DNA from: Ginkgo biloba
Taxonomy: Eukaryota; Plantae; Ginkgophyta
Assembly (NCBI GenBank): GCA_024626585.2
Contig: JANKJI020000001.1
Location: forward strand, 18,885,409 to 18,903,219
Length of the DNA stretch: 17,811 nucleotides
Reading direction: 5' to 3'
Under the pieces are notes generated by a model. That model made no database searches and was not told the origin of the DNA. It worked only from the letters and a program-made list of their open reading frames with translations. This document shows, in pieces, positions 10,243 to 17,811 of the stretch; positions within the stretch are counted from its first letter, which is position 1; every line of letters starts with the position of its first letter. The translations under genes and the position numbers were made by a program.

Positions 10243-10787
10243 TTAGCCAATCTGAACTAAGGTTCATTTATGATGGTCAAAGTCAGGGTCAATAATGGTC
10301 AAGTTGAACTTAAGGAAAATTTATGATCATCAAAGATGTGGTCAATGTAGGTCAAAGTTGACCTGGTAAGCCACATTTAGGGTTGATTAAGGTGCATTTA
10401 TTACTCCTACAAGTCACATTTAATGCCCTAACTAGGGCACATTTCATGAAGAGAGAGAAAAGAAAAACATTAAATGCAAGGACACCTAAGTTTAGGGTTA
10501 CAACCCTAAAATAAAAAAGATTGCATTCATTTAATGAAGAGAGAGAATGTTATGAATAAGAGAGAAAATTTGTCCTACATGTAAGTATTGTGTTTTACTA
10601 TCTAGGGTTTGGTGTAAGGGGCCTAACCCTAGTAATAAATGACATGTACTATTCATCATTGAAGCAATAAATAATGCTTTGTACCTCAATTGTGTGCAAT
10701 TAACGCTCATGTGATGATGTTATACTGCGTCTATGTAATAAATGCATGCTTAATGTTATGAATGAATGTTAAATTGTATTGCTAACA
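10243..10787 (+). mobile_element. LTR-like segment, left end lost in a gap; apparently inserted into the Gypsy-like gag
   Basis: Ends ...ATTGCTAACA, has AATAAA signals near 10666 and 10737, and carries telomere-like TAGGGTT/AACCCTA motifs and internal repeats (ATGAAGAGAGAGAA twice). It abuts the point where the gag-like frame stops. Confidence 0.45.
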
Positions 10788-10789
10788 TG

Positions 10790-11820
10790 GTTTCCAACTC
10801 TTGGACCAATGTCTAGTCAACATCACAAATATCATGCTCACAAGCATGTCCTTGTTGTTGTCACTCCTATGCTATTAGGAATTATGTTGGAAGTATTTGA
10901 GAGTCTGTGCCAATTATGTCCTTAATCACTCAATTTCTATGGTGATTTGTTTATCTAGTCTAGCCATAATGTCTCGTATATTGGTGAGAGTCACTTCTAT
11001 TATGGATATATGATCTTGTTCTTACTCCATGGATTTTTTAGCTTGCGCACGGGTATGTATCGTCAATGAATGTGGTCACAAGATCATTTCAATAATCTGA
11101 TACCACTTATAAGGGCCCAAATGATAACTACTAATGATATTAGAAATTAAATATACAACAATTGATAAACAATGCCACGCACGATTCTGAAAAGATAGAT
11201 CTTCAACAATTATAACAATCACTAATTTTGCTAGTCAAAAGATGATTGATTCATGATCATGACTATCCAGAATAAGGGGACACCTACTTGCCAAGAGTTT
11301 TCTATTTGAAGATAAAATAGAAACAAAATATGAAAAGTGATTCTTAGAGAGGAGGAATCACCTGCTTCTAGAGCACTCTTTTGTTGGGTAGAAGACAAGT
11401 AGAAATTGTTGAAATGATGAGATGATAAATGAGAGGAGAATCAAACCTAATATAGATTAGAATATAGTGCTTTCTACCAGGTTGATAGTAGGTTGGCTCA
11501 TATTTTTGTTTTGCTCGAAACTGCACCTTAATGCATTAAAACTTTGACACCCTTATTATGGCTAACCTGAAAGGTTTCCTTAAGTTGCTTAACGATTCTT
11601 TTGTTCCTTATATGTAGGCTTCTTGGGATATTACTTCTCTGGCCAATGTTGTGTTTTAGGAAAAAACACATATGGTCAATAAACATGGTTAACACATGAG
11701 TAGAGGTAATAATGTGTTTTCCTAACCCAAATTAACTATAAAGAAACCGAAGACAGACCCTAGTGAAGATTTTTTGCATCTATTACCTCTATGGGCCAAT
11801 ATAATTTCTCACACCCAACA
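10790..11820 (-). mobile_element. 5' end of a degenerate Ty3/Gypsy-like element: putative 5' LTR (~11820-11108), PBS and gag N-terminus
   Basis: Candidate LTR start TGTTGGG at 11820 (uncertain), a TATA-like CTATATTAG followed by a CT-rich tract (~11455-11410), and the PBS. After the PBS come HTRAQAKKSME* (from 11057) and a coiled-coil-like IRDIMARLDKQITIEIE*LRT*LAQ (10979-10905), whose stops are explicable as CGA>TGA and CAA>TAA. Confidence 0.55.
11094..11105 (-). promoter_or_regulatory. tRNA-iMet primer binding site (PBS) of an LTR retrotransposon
   Basis: Minus strand reads TGGTATCAGA (11105-11096), 10/10 with the start of the canonical TGGTATCAGAGC. It lies 2 nt after an LTR-like end ...GGGCCCTTATA (CA probably mutated to TA). 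Confidence 0.7.
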
Positions 11821-13854
11821 TAATGTTTGTATGCCTCATTGAAGGTATCATGACCAATAATGTAGCCTAAGAATGCATTACTTGCCAATAACACTCCCTC
11901 ATACGTTCCATTGTTGTATACTATTAATGTTAGTCGATCAAGAAGGGAAGTGTTTTCCAATTAAATTTAGAATCATTATCCTTATATAAGAAAAAAAGGA
12001 GCAATTTTGATTTATGAATATTAATGTTGTGTTCCAATTGATCCTAATTAGGAGATGTATGGGGCTTATAAAACTTAGATTTACTCAAGCTATAGCATCC
12101 ATAAGCTTATTAGTTACTAAAATTATAACATTGTCTTCCCCAACAAGAAGTTCAACACGCTGACATCATTATAGTCGTAGCATTCAAGTGGCCATAATTC
12201 AACAATCAATAAATATAAATCACCCTACACATAAGAAACCAAAAGCACCTAAGATAAGAAATAACCAAAAGGTCACTTTTTCGATTCTAGGCGGGTNNNN
12301 NNNNNNNNNNNNNNNNNNNNNNNNNNNNNNNNNNNNNNNNNNNNNNNNNNNNNNNNNNNNNNNNNNNNNNNNNNNNNNNNNNNNNNNNNNNNNNNNNNNN
12401 NNNNNNNNNNNNNNNNNNNNNNNNNNNNNNNNNNNNNNNNNNNNNNNNNNNNNNNNNNNNNNNNNNNNNNNNNNNNNNNNNNNNNNNNNNNNNNNNNNNN
12501 NNNNNNNNNNNNNNNNNNNNNNNNNNNNNNNNNNNNNNNNNNNNNNNNNNNTTTTAGCATGGTTTTCCTTTTATAGACTAAGGATACCCAAGTACACACT
12601 TATATTCACATATTTAACCATGGTTGAATGCATCCATTGGACTAAAGAACATGTCACCCCCTCATAATATCATTTTTCACATGGCTCTTAGCCCTTTCAA
12701 ACGCATTTCTACAAATGTAGGGCCATCTCTTAGGGTCTAGAAGGTTCTCTTGGTGTTCATTACATGCCTCCTCTTTTTTAAAATGCTTTGCCCTCAAAAC
12801 ATTGGTTGAAAATGCCTCATGTTCCTTCAATCCAGAGTTCAGTTATTTTGGGGTATGGTTCCCAATAGATTTCATCTCTCTTTAGAAACCATTTGAACAT
12901 TCCAATCTAGAGTTTAATAAGAGAACTTTATGTAAGAAGAAAAACAAATCTTCTACAATAGACTAGAGGTCAAGTAAAGGGAAAGTGTCCTTATTAGATT
13001 CTTACTCTAGCGAAGAAAAAAAAAAAAAAAATAATATACTATTGACAAACAATGCTAGCCTAATCCTAATAGTTTGCATGAGCAGAAGAGAGTGTTATGC
13101 GATTGGTGAATCATTGCCCCAATTCACTATCTTATAACACTTACATCACACAAACAAATATTGAGAAAACAAAACTGGTAATTCAAAGAGAAGGAAAAAT
13201 AGAATTAGTGTCTTACAAAAAGAGAAGGATGGAAAAAGAAAAACTATTAAACTTCTTTCAAGAGACCTTAATAGTGCAATCATTTGAGATGCTCTAGCTA
13301 ATAAAGATCTATATATACAGTGTAGATTATAAACAAACTCCATGACTAAGAGTTAAGTTATTAGTCACAAACTCAATAATCAACTAGTGTATTAACAAGA
13401 TTTCATACCACGCAATCTAGGTTAAAAAGAAATAATTTCAAGCTAATAGTAGATCTATTTAATAATATAAAACAACCAAAGTAAGGCATCTAAAGAGGGA
13501 GCATTATGAGATACTTCCAAAAAAGAAAACATGTGTTAAAAAAAATGTCGTCTCAAAAAATCCCATGCCCACCATTTTAGCTAATGTATAGAATGTGTGC
13601 AAAGGAAAATGACACTAAAATTCAAAGCGAGGACTTCCCAAGTTAGTGTAGAACAAAAAAGGATTCTGAGAGGGAACTTTGAATAAGTATGATTGAAGAG
13701 GCACTAGATATATACAATCCATTGCAAATGCAATGACACTTAAGATTGAATATGCCCAAGCAATGTATCACAATTTTCCATCTTAGGAAAAGCCTTAAAT
13801 AAAATAAACAAAATGATGAAAAGTACAACAAAAAAGCAGATGCTTAAATTTCAC

Positions 13855-15613
13855 AAAAAGATAACCATTGCATGAGTAAACACCAATAAGAAGAGAGCAA
13901 AAAGGCAAAACCAAATTTGGACTTGCACACTTCACAACTGAACACCTAATTGCCCTAAGACTATTAACTGAAAAATTTAAAGAGTCCAAGAGTATCCATT
14001 TGTTTTGTAGATTTCATAAAAGCATTTGATAGAATCCCTAGAAAATTTTTACAAGAATGATGGAACAACTAGGAATACCTAAGAATTCAATAGCTATAAC
14101 TCACAAGCTATATGAAAAGGTGGTGAACAAAATAAAAACTACATAGGGATAGTTTGACGACATAATGAATAACATTAGTGTCAAACAAGGATGTCCTTTA
14201 TATCCTACACTATTTGACTTGTATAACTATAAAATCAAATAATGTGAAGGATGCACAAAAATTCAACTCACAAACTTAGTCATTAATCTCTAGTTATATG
14301 TAGTTGATATCCTCATGTTAGCTCAAAGCACTATGAACCTCCTCAAACAACTAAAAGACTTGTGATAGTTCTTTGAATACGGCTTGCAATGAATGTCTAC
14401 AAAACAAAAATCATGATAAACGGATCTAAGAAATAGGCTTATCTAATATGCCATTACAACACGGACATTATCGAAGTCATCAAAAGATACATATATCTTA
14501 CTGTCGATTTTTAGACAAATCTTCATTGAAACCTCTATGTTGAAACAAGGTTGAATAGAGAATAAAAGGGTTTTCTTCGAACTTGAAAATAGATTAGAAA
14601 ACACAACATTTTAATATGGAAGAAAAATTGCATTTAATATCATAATGGCATGGGGAAATACATTCCACACGAAATGTCAAAAAAATAAAACAAATTCAAA
14701 ACCAATCTATAACATAAGTAAAGATCAGCATTTCTTATCTTCTTTTTTCCTTGGAACCACTTTAATCTCTTTAGAAGCCAAAGCACTAACAAGATATTTG
14801 ATATTTAAGGCAAAGCTATGAAAGAAAGAATAATGACATAATTCCAGCAATTGCATACTCATATAACGAGACTTATCAAAGACTACAACGGAGGTGGATT
14901 AAGGGGAACACACAATGGTTGAATATGTAAGGAATCGAGATAACTGAGATTTTTGGAGACCCGGAAAACCAAGCATGTCAATTATAAGGTAGTTAGCAAA
15001 CTATGGCACTCCATAGTCATCACTGACAAAAGACAATAACTTACCATAAAGAAGTCATCAATCAACACTTCAAGCCACAAAATTATCTAAACAAAGTATC
15101 CAGCTAGAAACAAAGACAAAACATATGCAAGATTAGAACGAACTTGTGTGACCTACAAAGCAAAATAGGGAAATGGGAAAACCCACCAATTCCATAAGAA
15201 GAAAGAGATGTCAGTTATTCATAACAAAAAGTAGAATATGAACAGCACGCCCTTCTAGAGTGCCCCATAAAATATTTGAGATAAATTTTATCAAAAATAG
15301 ATAGCATACAAACCCTTGTAAATATTGAGGACATCAGTTGATTAGGAAGCCTATCGATCAAAATTTTAGAGCATAGAAAGCTACTACCAAATTAATTATT
15401 CTTCTAAAGATCTAATAAGCCTATTNNNNNNNNNNNNNNNNNNNNNNNNNNNNNNNNNNNNNNNNNNNNNNNNNNNNNNNNNNNNNNNNNNNNNNNNNNN
15501 NNNNNNNNNNNNNNNNNNNNNNNNNAAGCTACTACCAAATTAATTATTCTTCTAAAGATCTAATAAGCCTATTTTGGTCTCAATGGACATTAGATAATTT
15601 CATTTCAATTCAT
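13855..15613 (+). mobile_element. 5'-truncated, degenerate non-LTR retrotransposon (RTE/RTEX-like LINE): reverse transcriptase, C-terminal Cys/His motif and 3' tail
   Basis: Collinear RT motifs interrupted by stops and frameshifts: A*VNTNKKRAKRQ (from 13870), CFVDFIKAFD (14001-14030), SVKQGCPLYPTLF (14177-14215), YVVD in place of YADD (14297-14308), NVYKTKIM (~14392), YIYLTVDF (~14488), then IGKW..P..EER/CQL/VEYEQHALLECP (15231-15266). Ends in a short TTCAT/TTCAA-like tail (~15598-15613). No endonuclease domain seen upstream. Confidence 0.9.
15378..15573. other. Assembly artefact: identical 48-bp sequences flank a 100-N placeholder gap (overlapping contig ends)
   Basis: AAGCTACTACCAAATTAATTATTCTTCTAAAGATCTAATAAGCCTATT occurs at 15378-15425 and at 15526-15573. 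Confidence 0.9.
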
Positions 15614-15954
15614 ATAATAGAATGGTTGTAAATTAAAAAGATAGCCTTTGATCAATGATGAAACTCTTGAAAATTGAGATCCAAGAGAACAAAGGAGGTT
15701 TAGAGTTTGAAAGGTAACAACTTCTGCAATGGCACTTTGGGTGTGCTCTCTTTCTCCTTCTATTGACTTTCTTTCTTAAAAAAAGCATTATTTCATGACA
15801 AGTGAATACATACAACATGAGGTTTCTAATACATGAAACTGAGAAAAGATGGCTTTGTATTTTATTTGGTATACCTATAGAGTGGTTGCACTTTCTAGTA
15901 TGCTTTACAAGAGAGGTTGCACATAATGAAACCTAAAAACAGAAAGAAAATAAA

Positions 15955-16256
15955 GATTGAATATGCACCAATATAAGTGTGAAGGTAGATTTGTAACACT
16001 AAATAAGTGAGAGCCTCATAATAGTTGGAAAGGGAAAAATTCTTCATAACTTATCAGAACAAAACACTTTCCAATTGGAGATGCAATCCTTATTATTGTT
16101 TCTCAACATTACAATTACACAATCCAAAAAATTTTAATGGCAATATATGTATATCGAAGATACCCAATTGCAGATAGGATTCTTAATATTGTTTGTCAAC
16201 AATACAATCACACAATCAAAAAAAATATATGGCAATATGAACAATCCCGCCTTCTA
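15955..16256 (-). mobile_element. Putative polypurine tract and 3' LTR remnant containing an internal ~93-bp tandem duplication
   Basis: Minus strand AGAAGGCGGGAT (16255-16244) is followed directly by TGTTCATATTGCC (from 16243). Left boundary uncertain. Confidence 0.4.
16071..16238. repeat. Imperfect tandem repeat, 2 copies, period ~93 bp
   Basis: CCAATTG.AGAT...AT.CTTA.TATTGTTT.TCAACA.TACAAT.ACACAATC.AAAAA....ATGGCAATAT occurs at 16071 and 16164. Confidence 0.85.
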
Positions 16257-17811
16257 AACTTGAATGCTAACACAATTAAGAGTTGCAACATAGATAACCA
16301 TTAGAGTACAAGTGCATAATAAATATTTAATTATATTAATTAATGACGAATGCACGTAAAAGTGTAAATGCATGATAGACCTAAAAAGTAGACTATTAGG
16401 GACAAAGATAGACTAGGCAACTCAACTTAGCATCCATTAGTGGCCATCGGGGATAGCCTAAAAGTGCTTACTTAGTTGGCAGCCAAACCTCTAATCAAAA
16501 CATAGTACACATCGCCAACATTTAATTGTTATAGCCTATGACTGCTCTGCTAAATTCCACCCCTTAACCCAACCAAATAAGAGTGCCATGCGTAGGTCTC
16601 CTTTCAACCCCTCTTCCGCACCACGNNNNNNNNNNNNNNNNNNNNNNNNNNNNNNNNNNNNNNNNNNNNNNNNNNNNNNNNNNNNNNNNNNNNNNNNNNN
16701 NNNNNNNNNNNNAAATAAGAGTACACTAAAAACAACATCCAAGCCAGTCTACATATATGGCCCATTATAAATGTTAGCACACCTCATAACACTAGAGCAT
16801 CTCCAAGAGTTCCCAGGGTGCTAGCACTACCCTCACTGTCAGTGTGCACAAATATATCATAAATGCTCACTAGTAATATGGCTTGTATAGTCCCATGCTA
16901 GATAAAATTCATAAATGCCTTAGCATAGCCACAATCATACTCAATAAATCCCCTCAATGGATTCCCTATTACCACAAGTCGCCCCCTATGTTGGGCACTA
17001 GGGTTTATGAACCTAAAACAAGAGGGAATAATAAAGGTACCAAACCCTAACTCTCCAAGCAATCCATTTTCAACAATAAATATGATAGAACTTCTCTATG
17101 ACCAAGAGCACCCTATTCCAAGTAAGTTATTTCTACAATCCTAAAATTTACAGCCCCCCATACATGCATACATAACCGAAAATTCAAATTTCAGAGTAAT
17201 TTTTTTTACATTAATTTATGACAACATGCAGAAATAAATGTAGAAAGTAGGGTTTCACTGTACACTTACAATTTATGATAACTTACATAGTCAAATTAAA
17301 GAACTGAAGATGCCAATCCTCTATCTAGGTTAAAACATCTCAATTCGTCCCTTTCAAAGATTATGACTTTCTTCAGAAGCTCAAATGTAGTTCTACAAAT
17401 GTGCAGAAACCAATCATTATGTATGAGAAAGCCATACAAAATCTTTTGGAGGTATGTTGAGCCAATTTCTTTGATGAATCTTCTATCAAAAGCTTGCAAT
17501 CAAATTGCCTTGCCTTGCTGAACAGATCTAAGAACTCTTCTAGCAAAAATATCCACCAAAAAGTCACTATAATGAGAGTAGTTTGGTTTTAGCTATGCTG
17601 AAAGGAGTTACAACAAAAAAGTAATGACTTCTATGCTTAAGTTCTTCCAACTATGATGAAGAAAATTACTTATAGAGTGAAGATGCCTTGCAATAAAGAA
17701 TAAAGAGATGATGTTAGGGGTTACTTAAGCTCAGACAATCCCCTTTTATTCTAGAAATTGGGCACAAACGCCCACATAAGGCCGAGTCTAACCTTAGGGT
17801 TGCCTTAAACC

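Noticed and set aside
10788-10799. TGGTTTCCAACT after CA as a primer binding site
   Set aside because: Poor match to the tRNA-iMet PBS; more likely flanking target sequence.
12926-12961. SIVEDLFFFLHK|GT as a candidate first LC7 exon
   Set aside because: Wrong spacing relative to the family pattern and a poor donor (GTTCTC).
13015-13031. Poly(A) run as a SINE or retrocopy tail
   Set aside because: No A/B boxes or target-site duplication found.
13643-13989. Minus-strand ORFs 13643-13831 and 13795-13989
   Set aside because: Chance ORFs antisense to or beside the LINE, with no recognisable motif.
4505-16770. ORF-track entries containing X runs
   Set aside because: They are open only because they cross N gaps. 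Only the Copia gag portion at 4509-4624 has protein-level support.

Overview
AT-rich, CpG-poor eukaryotic DNA from a gapped draft scaffold with 8 N-runs. It is most likely a large land-plant genome, possibly gymnosperm or fern (inferred from the repeats, not proven). Most of the window is old, fragmented retroelements: a Ty1/Copia gag fragment, Ty3/Gypsy-like LTR/PBS/gag/pol relics, two diverged copies of an LTR-like unit, and a 5'-truncated RTE/RTEX-like LINE. The one convincing host gene is mostly missed by the ORF track. It is a spliced minus-strand Roadblock/LC7-family dynein light chain with two exons (6237-6175 and 5922-5689) joined by a canonical GT-AG intron. Its 5' end is unresolved and its C-terminus is diverged and extended. 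I found no prokaryotic-type system (CRISPR, operon, etc.) and do not claim a new system.
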